Shown here: positions 1-9,256 of the stretch, one piece after another
Position numbering within the stretch: position 1 is the stretch's first letter
How the letters are laid out: each line of letters opens with the position of its first letter
NCBI GenBank assembly: GCA_026936335.1
Contig: JAPMXV010000070.1
Span: 62,001-126,000 of the forward strand
Reading direction: 5' to 3'
DNA length: 64,000 nt
Source: Mantamonas sphyraenae STR306
Lineage: Eukaryota; Protista; CRuMs
The notes under the pieces: model-generated
What the model saw: only the letters and a program-made list of their open reading frames with translations
The model's database searches: none
Told to the model about the DNA's origin: nothing
Program-made: the position numbers and the translations under genes

Positions 1-3000
1 TCGTAGTCCAGCAACAGATCCACCTTGGCCGCCTTGCCCTTGGCGCACACCATCATCAATGGCGTGTCCACTGGCACAATCTCCTGCACGACTTCATGGC
101 CTTCCACGGGTGCTCCAGCGTCCAACAGAGCTTGGATGATGGCCGTCTCGTTGTCGCGACGCCGGGCGTGCTCGTGCAACGCCGTGCGACCTGCCGTGTC
201 GATTGCAGTCAGCCAGCCAAAATCCGCTGCCACCTCGGCCAGCTGCTCGCCACAGCGCACATCCTTCACCAGATGCAGCGGTGTTTTTGTTGGCCTGCCC
301 GTTGCGCGTTTGAACGCATCCAACTCTTTGAACGAGTACTGGATCAGCTCCGCCAGAATGGCCGAGTTGCCCAGTTGTGCCGCGATATGCACTGGCGTCA
401 TCCCATCTTTGTCTGTCAACGCCGTCATGGCATCATGTTTCAACAACAGTTTGACGTAATCCAGGCTCTGAACACGCACGGCCATGTGCAGCGCCGTGTC
501 CTCTGCCGCGTTGCGCAGCGACAGATCAGCCTTGGGCTCGTGTTTCAACAGTGCTTCCAGCAACGGCACGTCCTGCAGCGTCGCCAGCCGCTCTCGCTCG
601 TCTTCCTCCTTTCTTGCCTCCTCGCGCTCTTCCAGCTCCAGTTTGCGTTCCAACGACATGGGTTCGTCTTCCTTGTTGCTGCTGCTGCTGCTGCTGCCTT
701 CATCCTTGTCTTTGTCCGTTTCTTCATCCTTTTGCGGATTGTTGTCCTTGTCCTTGCCCTTGCCGTCCTTGCCGTCCTTGCTGTCCTTGCTGTCCTTGCC
801 GTCCTTTTCCTTCTCCTTGCCCTTTTGGTCTCCGACCTCCTTTTCCTCGTTCTTCTCGTTCTCCCTCTCCTCTTCCTTGGGCGGCAGTTCCTTTGGCGAC
901 TTGTACTGTTCGATGAGATGCATGATGGGCGTGTTGCCATCGTCGTCGCGGGCATTGATGTCCGCGCCCAGGCGCAACAAGAGTCGGGCCACGGCCGATT
1001 CACTGGCACAATGCAGCGGAGTCCACTTTTCAAACTTGGTCGGTTCACCGTTGACGTCCATCGTTGCCGTGGCTGCTGTCAGCTTGGGATACTCCCACAT
1101 GCGGTCTTTCGGCAATTCCCAAGTGTGTACATCCTCAACGGTGCGACCAGAGGCGTTGCTCGCACCGCTGCTGCTGCTGCTGCTGCCTCCTTCTGGCGAC
1201 GAGGTGCGCGTATGAGACGAGTCGCTGGACGTGGTTCGACCTGAGCGGCTGTGTGCCATGCCAGCGTCCTCTGCGTCGCCATTGGTCTCCTTGGCTTCGC
1301 TTTCCTTGCTCAGCAACAGGCGCTTTGCCGCGTTGAGTGCGGTGCCGTAGGCAATCTTGGCTGGTTCCGACTCCCAATCCGTCAGAACCATCTTGCACCA
1401 CTCTTCGCTGGTAGCGGCGGCGTGATGCAACAGCGTCCATCCGTTTTCGTCTTCACTGACCAGGTCGGCTCCGGCCATGGCCAGCAAGCGAAAGATGTCA
1501 CGGTCTTGGTTGATCTGTGCGATGCGGATGGGTGTGTGGTTGCGCGGATCGCGCACGTCCAGCTCAAGTCCAGGGACCTCCAGCAGGGACTTGACGCACC
1601 GGTAGGCGCCGTGCGACACGGCCTCGTGCAACAGAGACACACTGTAGAGGGTCATGTTGGGGTCCAGGTCATGGTCCACCAGATACTTTTCCATCTCGTC
1701 GTGCTCATCCTTGTCAAAAATCTGCAAAAACACGCGAAAGTGCTCCTCCAACGCCTCTTGCTTGGCATGCGTTTCTTCCTGTTCCTTTTTCATGCTCTCA
1801 ATGTCCAGCGAGGCGGCAGACACGGCCAGCAAGCGCAACGCCTTGAGTTGCACGCGGAACTGGCCGTCGACAACGGGGCCCACGACCTTGTGGAACACCA
1901 CCGTGCCGTCTTTCTTCAGCCGTTGGTTCTCCTGCTTGGCCAGCTTCAACTTGCGCCATTGCTTCTTGGCAATGATTTTGCGCCGTTCCAGATCGTCTGC
2001 CTCCTTCTTGGCCTGCTCCTCGGCAAACTTTTCCTCCTCCACCCTATCCTCGGCGTCCGTTTCCAAGTCCTTCTTGGTGTACTGGCTCAGCCACTCCTTG
2101 CACGCCTTGTAGTCTTCAAACAGCTCCGGGTCGCGCATGGTGGACTTTGCGTCGAGCATCTTTTGCACGTAATCGATGGCCTTGTTCTGCTTCTTGTCGA
2201 TGATGTTTGCGTCGGCGCCCGCCTGCAGGAGGCTACCCACAATGTTGGCATAACCTTGCTGGGCGGCAAAGATGAGCGGGGTGACCCCCTCCTGGTTGGC
2301 TACGTTGATGGGTGCGCCGCGTGCGAGAAAGATATCGACGATTTCGTCGGCTCCCTTGAAGCAGACGCAGTGGAGGGGCGTGTTGCGGTTGGCATCGCGT
2401 GCGTCGAGGCGAGCACGCTTCTTGAGCAGGTGGTTTGCGCTCATTTGGGCGTTGACAATGTGCAGCGGCTGCCACTTTTCCTTGTCCGTGGGCTCGCTGA
2501 GATCGGAGGAACCGACGTCAATGAGGAGCTTTGTGCAAAAGGTGGACGTGTTGATGAGGCTGAGGTGCAATGCGGTGTAGCCGTCGTTGTTCTTGAGCGA
2601 AACGGAGGCGCCCTTTTGCAGGAGGAGAAAGACGCAGTTGCCGTGGTTGTTGGTGGCTGCAATGTGCAGGGGTGAATCGCCATCGTTGTTCTTGGGATCG
2701 AGCTTGGAGTTGAACTCGAGGAGGAGGTTGACCAGCTCGACGTTGTCAGCGCGCTCGACGGCTTTGTGGATGGGCAAGTTGCCGTTGTCGTCGGTCATGG
2801 CGACGCTGGCGCCTTGCTCAAGCAGATACAGGGCAACCTCTGCAGACATGGTGTTGTGCAGCGGAGTGATGTGGTCGCCGGCGCTGCTCTGGTTGATGTC
2901 GAGCTTGTTTTCAATGAGAAAACGGACGCAGTCGACGCTGCCTGCGGCTGCGGCGTAGTGCAAGCCGGAGAAGCCAAAGTCATCTGTGTCAAAGATATCA

Positions 3001-4478
3001 GCGCCTGCATCAAAGAGCAGCTCGAGAATGTAGGGGTCACCTCGGGCACAGGCGAGAATGAACGGGGTTTGGCCTTTGGCGTTCTTGCCCTGCAAGGACC
3101 CGCCTGCCTCGATGAGCACCTGGCATACCTCTGGCTCGACGTTGTCGGTCCAGACGACGGTGTGCAGGGGTGTGTTTGCGTCGTAGTTGGGCAGGTTGAT
3201 GTTGCCCGAGTAGTTTTGGACGAGGACTTCGGCAGCCTCTTGGGTGCTGACGAGATGGAATGCCGTCTCGCCGTCGCTGTTTGCAGCAGTGAGATCCATG
3301 CCTGAGCACTGGATGAGACGGCGAACGACGGCGGCGGAGCCGTTGAGGGCAGCGTGGTGCAGGGCAGTGTCCTGGGTCTCGCTGACGCGCATGGGGTCAG
3401 CCTTGTGTTGGAGGAGGAGGTTGATGGTTTCCACATTGCCGTCCTTGGCGGCGAGCATGAGTGGTGTGATGCCCTCCTGGGTGACTGCGTTGGGGTTGGC
3501 ACGATTCTCGAGGAGGATGTCCAGGAGTCGCAGCTTGCCCTTTGCGGCAGCGTTGTGAAGTGGCGTGTTGCCGACCTTGTCAGCATGGTTGATGTCGACG
3601 CCTGCGTTGATGAGTAGCTCTGCGCTCTGTGGATCCTCGCACAGCTGGAGAGCGTTCCAGTCGAAGGAAGTGAGCTGGTTGGGGTCCGCTCCAAAGTCGA
3701 GCAGCAGCTGTACAAACTCGGGTTCCGAGATCTGCGCGGCATAGTGCAGCGCAGAGTAGTTCTGTCCGTCGGTATAGTTGACGGATTCCTGTGTGGGCAG
3801 GGCGAGCGAGGGAGAGGGGGACGCGGGGGCGGGGCGGGTCAGATGTTGAAAATCGATGCGGCCGTTGGGACTGGACGCGCGTCGCGTGATGGTTTTCGAG
3901 TTCCCGAGCGGATGGGGGCAAGTGGGGGCTGGAGCAGGTGTCTCGTGGCCCGTAACCTACATTGTTATGATACAGGAGGAGGGACAGGGTGTCAAAGTGC
4001 TTGTTGCTTGTGGCGAGGATGATGGGTGTGGAGCGGCCAACGTCCTCGGTGTAAATGTCCGTTGACGCGCCGGCCTGCAGCAGACCGCTCATGCAGTTGG
4101 TGGAACCGTAATAGGCTGGATACGGGGTGGAATGTGCAAAATGTCAGCAGACGGGCGGGTGTGGACACGTCGATGTGGTCCATGGGCAATAGCAGAGGGG
4201 CAAGGTGAGGCAGGAGGGGACTGCGGGCTTGCGTTGCCCCACACACGTACCGGCCCAGTGCACAGCAGTGTACTTTTTCAGGTAGTAGTCATAGTTGCCA
4301 TTGAGAAGTGCAATGGCAGAGTCCCACTCGTCCTCCCGGATGAAGCCGATGATTTGACCGATCTGTGGGATGGTGAGGGTGGGTTGGGTGGACGGATTAT
4401 GCAAAACGTGAGCCATGATGAACATAGAGACCGGTGGAAGAGCAAAGAGTGACATACGAGTTCGTCAGTATCGCTCAT
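1..4478 (-). CDS. Large ankyrin-repeat protein, 3' end runs off the window; 3 introns
   Basis: Exons complement(4458..4478, 4251..4362, 3961..4115, <1..3788). Introns 4363-4457 (GTATGT..CAG), 4116-4250 (GTACGT..CAG) and 3789-3960 (GTAGGT..CAG). Splicing restores ankyrin motifs (TAVHWAAYYGSTNCMSGLLQAGA; NYSALHYAAQ; TPLHCAS; TPLMMVCAKG). It is absent from the ORF track because its stop lies outside the window; the + strand ORFs there are antisense shadows in the same register. Confidence 0.85.
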
Positions 4479-4523
4479 GTGGAAGCGGTGGGTTTTGTTG
4501 GGGGCATGGGGGCATGGGGTCAG

Positions 4524-5969
4524 TCACTCCCAGTCCTCGTCTTCGTCATCATCGTCCTCCAGCATGGCCAGGATCTCTGCTTTGCTCTTGCTGGGTGTGG
4601 ACACTTCCTGTGGTGTGTCCATCTGCGTGTCTTGTGGCTGTGGTTCGTCCCCTGTTTGTACGTCGACAGCGTGCACGTCCACCAACTCATCCTGCTCGGG
4701 TTCCATCGTTGCCCCATGCTCGCTTTCCACCACCACATGCTGTTCGTCGCCCTCTGCCTCTGCCTCTGCCTCTGCCTCTGCCTCTGCCTCTGCCTCCTCC
4801 TCCTCCTCTTCCTCGTCTCCCCAGCCTGCTTTGACCCCGCTGCTGACTCGAATTCCAGGTGTGTTTCCCTGCAGCACGGGAGCGACGTATTCAGGGGTTT
4901 CCTCTGCGCCTGTATTGCCCAGAGCAACTGCAGAGACAGGCGTCATGCCCAGTCCAGAGTCTGTGGTGGTATGCGTGGCTGTTGGCACCGGGTTGGTAGG
5001 GTCGTTTTGTGCGTTGTCGTCGTCGTCGCTCCACCCGTCCTCGTCCTCCTCAGCATCCTCAGCAGCCGCTCCAAGGACCACTGCCTGGCGTCGGGCCTCG
5101 TCTCGCTCCACCACATGCACGTGAAAGTAGTATCGGGACCAAAACTCTTCGTAGGAGACGGCCTTGGGCACAAAGGTGGTGTGGTACCTTGCCACGGTCT
5201 TGCTGCGACGCATCAATTGTGCAATCTCCTCTGTCTTTTCCTGCACGTCAAAGCCGGCCAGCCATTCTTCGTAGAGGCCGCGATTCACAGGCACGTTGAC
5301 AAACGTCTTGCTATCTTCCTGCAGGGCTCGCACCCTGGTTTTGACACGGTCCACCCTCCCTGCAGCGTCATCCTTGCCAATGAGCTCCGTCTCCCTGCTG
5401 TTCTGTGTGTGTTGCATTGTGCCGGTGCCGTTGTCGGGCGTCTCCTCCTCCGATTCCTCCTGCGACAAGCCTCCGAAGCGGAAGAGTGTGCCGGCCTCTT
5501 TCCACAGCCTCTCGGTCGCTCCTCCGCCACCGGCCCGCTTGGGCTTCAATGCAGACGGCACGCCACCCTGTCCACTTCCTCTCCTGCCTCCGCCTCGTCC
5601 TTCCGACGGCGTGCTTGGAGTTTCGGGGGTGCGACTTCCTCCGGCGTGGCCATTCAGCCCCGCCCAAAAGTCGTTCAGGCCGTCGCTCAGTACGCTGCTG
5701 TTCAATGTGTCCTGTCCCCCCGAAGCAGAGTGTGTGTTGGAAGTGGCCATGCTGCTCGTGGTGGTCGTGGTGGTGGTCGTGGTCGTGGTCGTGGTGGGGG
5801 TGGGTGAGGTTCTGCTCGGCGGCTGATCTGCTCCCACGCCCTGCGTCGTGCTCTGTGGCTGTGGCTGAGGCTGTGGTTGCGACTCCTTTTGCTGCTGCTG
5901 CTTGATATCGCGCTGCAGCTCTTGGGCAAACTCTTTGTAGCCATTGAGGATGCCTTCAAAGAAGGACAT
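4524..5969 (-). CDS. BSD-domain protein (BSDC1-like)
   Basis: Motif EIAQLMRRSKTVARYHTTFVPKAVSYEEFWSRYYFHV matches the BSD signature (VP...FW.RYF); acidic C-terminus ending DWE. ATG at 5969. Confidence 0.85.
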   Translation of the reverse strand: MSFFEGILNGYKEFAQELQRDIKQQQQKESQPQPQPQPQSTTQGVGADQPPSRTSPTPTTTTTTTTTTTTTSSMATSNTHSASGGQDTLNSSVLSDGLNDFWAGLNGHAGGSRTPETPSTPSEGRGGGRRGSGQGGVPSALKPKRAGGGGATERLWKEAGTLFRFGGLSQEESEEETPDNGTGTMQHTQNSRETELIGKDDAAGRVDRVKTRVRALQEDSKTFVNVPVNRGLYEEWLAGFDVQEKTEEIAQLMRRSKTVARYHTTFVPKAVSYEEFWSRYYFHVHVVERDEARRQAVVLGAAAEDAEEDEDGWSDDDDNAQNDPTNPVPTATHTTTDSGLGMTPVSAVALGNTGAEETPEYVAPVLQGNTPGIRVSSGVKAGWGDEEEEEEEAEAEAEAEAEAEAEGDEQHVVVESEHGATMEPEQDELVDVHAVDVQTGDEPQPQDTQMDTPQEVSTPSKSKAEILAMLEDDDDEDEDWE

Positions 5970-6076
5970 GGCTGGGTGGGTGGGAGTTGAGCCGAGAACG
6001 CCTTGGCTCAGCCACCGCAACGCATTCCCTCAGTCACTGCACACCCTACCAACATCATCGTCATCATCCGGTAGTC

Positions 6077-6799
6077 ATGGGCAAACGCAAGGGACGCAAG
6101 GGACGCAAGCGCAAGCAGGGCGAAGAGGAAGGGGCCAACGAGGCGGATTTCGACACCGCGGACGAGGGCACCACCGAAGCCAAGAAGCAGCGCGTGGAGG
6201 ACGGAGAGGAAGGAAACGAGGGCGAAGGTGATGGCAACGAGGGGCGCCTGCATCCCGCACTCGCCTATCTGGACGCATGGGCCGAACGCGAGAACGGCAT
6301 GTGGAAGTTCAACAAGCTGCGACGTAAGTGTGCCCATGGCGAAGAACACAGTGCGCGGTACACATGGCTCACGCGTCAATGGGTGTGGGTTGCATCAACA
6401 CGCCTCTACACAGAAACCCAACTCCTCCGCATGTACCAGCACAAGGCGCAGATGCCCAAGGAGTACTTTGCCACGTTCCTCCTGTACATTGCCGACATGC
6501 AGGGCATGGCCCGCAAGAAGACTCTGGAAGAAGCCAGCCAATTGGTGGAGCAGGGCCAGGATGCGTTTGTAGAAGCCCACATGTCGTCGTCGTCGAGTTC
6601 GTCGTCGTCGTCCTCCTCTGCAGACGACACAGAAGGTGGCTCCTCTCCATCGTCGTCTCCGCCACGCGTGACACATGTCCGCTTTGCAGAGGTGGAGGAG
6701 AAGCAGGAACAAGAAGAGGCGGAACGGGCGCGGCTTGCGGACGAGTACCGGCGCAGGCGTCGACGTGCGGCCAAGGTTCAATTCACGCTGACAGAATGA
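6077..6799 (+). CDS. WKF-domain protein (C7orf50/YCR016W-like), one intron
   Basis: join(6077..6323, 6414..6799). Removing the GTAAGT..CAG intron gives ALAYLDAW..WKFNKLRQTQLL..MPKEYF..LLYIADMQGMAR, the WKF signature; basic N-terminus. Confidence 0.8.
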   Translation: MGKRKGRKGRKRKQGEEEGANEADFDTADEGTTEAKKQRVEDGEEGNEGEGDGNEGRLHPALAYLDAWAERENGMWKFNKLRRKCAHGEEHSARYTWLTRQWVWVASTRLYTETQLLRMYQHKAQMPKEYFATFLLYIADMQGMARKKTLEEASQLVEQGQDAFVEAHMSSSSSSSSSSSSADDTEGGSSPSSSPPRVTHVRFAEVEEKQEQEEAERARLADEYRRRRRRAAKVQFTLTE

Positions 6800-6916
6800 T
6801 TGCTGCATGATGGCTGGGGAAAGAATCCTTGCATTGAATTTTATCACACACGTTCTTGTTCAACCATTGTCTCTGACATGTGGGGCCCAAAAGCTCCCCC
6901 ACGACGCCACAGACGC

Positions 6917-8392
6917 TCATCCGCGTGCGTTGAGTCCGTCGCTGAGGAGCTCGCCAAAGGTATGCCTGTGCTTGCCGCTGGCTCCGTCCTCGTCCGAGTC
7001 GTCCTTCTTGTGGTTGCTGTAGTCGTCCACCTGCGAGGCAGCCTCCTTGAGGGTCTCGTAGGTCTTGATGTTTGCGTCGACAAAGCTCAGCTCGTAGCGG
7101 TCGAGACCCCAGTGGTTGCAAAAGTCGATGAGCATGGAGCGGACCTTGCGCAGATGGTGGCGAGACACACGAGGGAACAGGTGGTGCTCGAGCTGGAACT
7201 GCAGGCCGCCGTGGAACCAGTCCATGGACGGGTCGCAGTCGATGTCCATCGAAGTGGCCAGCTGGGTGCGCAGAAAGTCCTCGTTGTCGTTGCGGTAGCG
7301 AATGCCCTCGTAGGTCTCCATGGCAAAGTGCGAGAGAATGATCTGCACGTGCAGGAGGCCAGCGACGGCGTGCGAGCCCAGGAGCACGGCCAGGAGGGTG
7401 CCCCATGAGTCGCAGAAGGAGAGCAGGTAGCTAAACCATGCAAAGAAGAAGCAGCTGCCGGCAAGGTCGGTGTAACGGGACTGCACGGGCAGGGCGGGGT
7501 TCAAGAGGAACATGAGGCTCTGGGCGTAGAGGTTGAAGCGAGCAACCATCATGATGGGGTAGAAGGAGAAGTGCTGGAATTGCACAAAGAATCGGGCCAC
7601 GGCATCAAAGGGCATGACACGCTCGTGGTAGGTAGAGTACAGGCTCTTGAAGAGCTTGCTGGTGATGGCCAGCACAGGCATGTGTTGAATGTCCGGGTCT
7701 GCGTTGACGCTGTTGGTGGTCACGTGGTGGCGGTTGTGCGTGCTCTTCCACCAGCCGATGCTGATGCCTGTGAAGGAGGCACCGACAAAGTAGCCGAGGA
7801 AGTAGTCGATAGCACGGACATGAGAGACGCCGTTGTGGCCTGCGTCGTGGCCGATAAAGGCAATCTGCTGCCAGAAGAAACCCAGCACCACGCCGCCAAT
7901 GATCTGAACCCAAGGCTGTTCCCTGAACTGGGTGATCATGAATGCGGCCAGGACAAAGAGGGAGAGGCACCACGCGGCCATCTTGACGTAGAACATGTAG
8001 TCGGTTTCGTGGTAGCCGCGCATCCACACCTCGTCCGAGAGCTCCTTGAAGGCCACCTTGATCTCGTCCTCCTCGTAGCCCACCAGTTCGCCGATGTGGT
8101 ACGGTTGCAGGGTCTTGAAGACGTAGGTGGGGTGGAATTCGCGGAATGGGTCGGTTGCATCCCTGCCGGCCACGCCGGCAATGGTTTTGGGTCCTCCAGG
8201 GTGCTTGTTCATCCACGAGTGGGGCACTGCGTACACGTGCTTGTCCAGCACAATCCAGCAGTCCTCGGGGGTGTCGTGCTGGCGCACTTCCTCGATGGTG
8301 TAGCGCGGGAGGGCGTCCACATTCTTTTTGATTGCCGGGGTGCGGCGAGCCAGCTCCTCCGCCAGCTGTGCGGTCTTTTCCTTGGTGAGCAT
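6917..8392 (-). CDS. Cytochrome b5-fused front-end desaturase (sphingolipid delta-8 / delta-6 type)
   Basis: HPGG heme motif, His boxes HDAGH, HNRHH and QLEHH, plus DPDIQH and MDWFHGGLQFQ. Start taken at MLTKEK (8392); the upstream ORF extension looks non-coding. Confidence 0.93.
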   Translation of the reverse strand: MLTKEKTAQLAEELARRTPAIKKNVDALPRYTIEEVRQHDTPEDCWIVLDKHVYAVPHSWMNKHPGGPKTIAGVAGRDATDPFREFHPTYVFKTLQPYHIGELVGYEEDEIKVAFKELSDEVWMRGYHETDYMFYVKMAAWCLSLFVLAAFMITQFREQPWVQIIGGVVLGFFWQQIAFIGHDAGHNGVSHVRAIDYFLGYFVGASFTGISIGWWKSTHNRHHVTTNSVNADPDIQHMPVLAITSKLFKSLYSTYHERVMPFDAVARFFVQFQHFSFYPIMMVARFNLYAQSLMFLLNPALPVQSRYTDLAGSCFFFAWFSYLLSFCDSWGTLLAVLLGSHAVAGLLHVQIILSHFAMETYEGIRYRNDNEDFLRTQLATSMDIDCDPSMDWFHGGLQFQLEHHLFPRVSRHHLRKVRSMLIDFCNHWGLDRYELSFVDANIKTYETLKEAASQVDDYSNHKKDDSDEDGASGKHRHTFGELLSDGLNARG

Positions 8393-9256
8393 GTTGTGTG
8401 AAAGGGGCTGCGTTGGGGGTTTCCAGCGAGATTGGTGGTTGCTGCGCGGATGTGGGTGTGGTGTGGTGTGTGTTAGAGTGTCCGTGTCGTTGGCGATGCG
8501 TTTTTTCGAGAGCCCTTTCTGCCATGCATCATCCACGCTGGTGTCGTTGGGACCCCGTGCACCACGCATGGACGCCGCACACGTGTTCCTGGGCGTGCAA
8601 CCCATGCATGAAGGACCATGGCAGGTGGACACGAACTTGCATGCGTGTGCAGGGTGTCGTGGCCCCTGGAGACGGGTCCAACATTCATGACCCTCTGCCC
8701 GAGAAAAAAGCAAAGGGTTACTGGGGGCCCGCCAACGTGCACGCGCACTTTCCAACGGCCCTCCACATGCATACAGGGCTTCCCATGCACCGCAATCGGG
8801 CTCCAACGCATACACCCACACAGTGCGCACGCATGCAGCCTTTCAGGGACGTGCTGGGGCACATCCATGCTCTTGCCGGCGTTGTTATCCGAATTGGCAC
8901 GAAATCTGGGAACGCAGCTCAGGTGCCCGCGCATCGCCCACACGATGGTTGAAACGACCCATGGCACTGAGCCACCCAGCCACCGGCATACAGCGCCCCC
9001 CATCACTTGGTACACATGTTGTGCGATGTTCATCACTCACCAAAAAGGTCGGTCTCCCTGTGTTTTCGCTGGCTCCTGGAGCGTGTCACCCGTCGGTCCG
9101 CTTCGACCCTCTTTTGCTCCGGCCCAAACCCCGCGGCAGGCGCACGCACCGATGAAGATAGCTCGCAACCGAGGCAAATCCGCCAGCATGGCGGCCTGTG
9201 AACAAGCTGGTGCGAAGGAGCGGCCAACGTTGCTCAGCTTTTCGCCTCGCCAGCCC

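Noticed and set aside
96-3617. Long + strand ORFs (96..1244, 1251..2675, 2766..3305 and others)
   Set aside because: Antisense shadows in register with the real minus-strand ankyrin gene. The same applies to 15808..17223, 24819..26450 and 59495..61144.
8393-9256. Upstream extensions of the desaturase and GT41 ORFs; possible C/D snoRNA (GTGATGA ~9036, CTGA ~8920) in a possible 5' UTR intron
   Set aside because: The extensions lack homology-like content. The box motifs are short, overlap the putative donor site, and have no recognisable terminal stem or guide.
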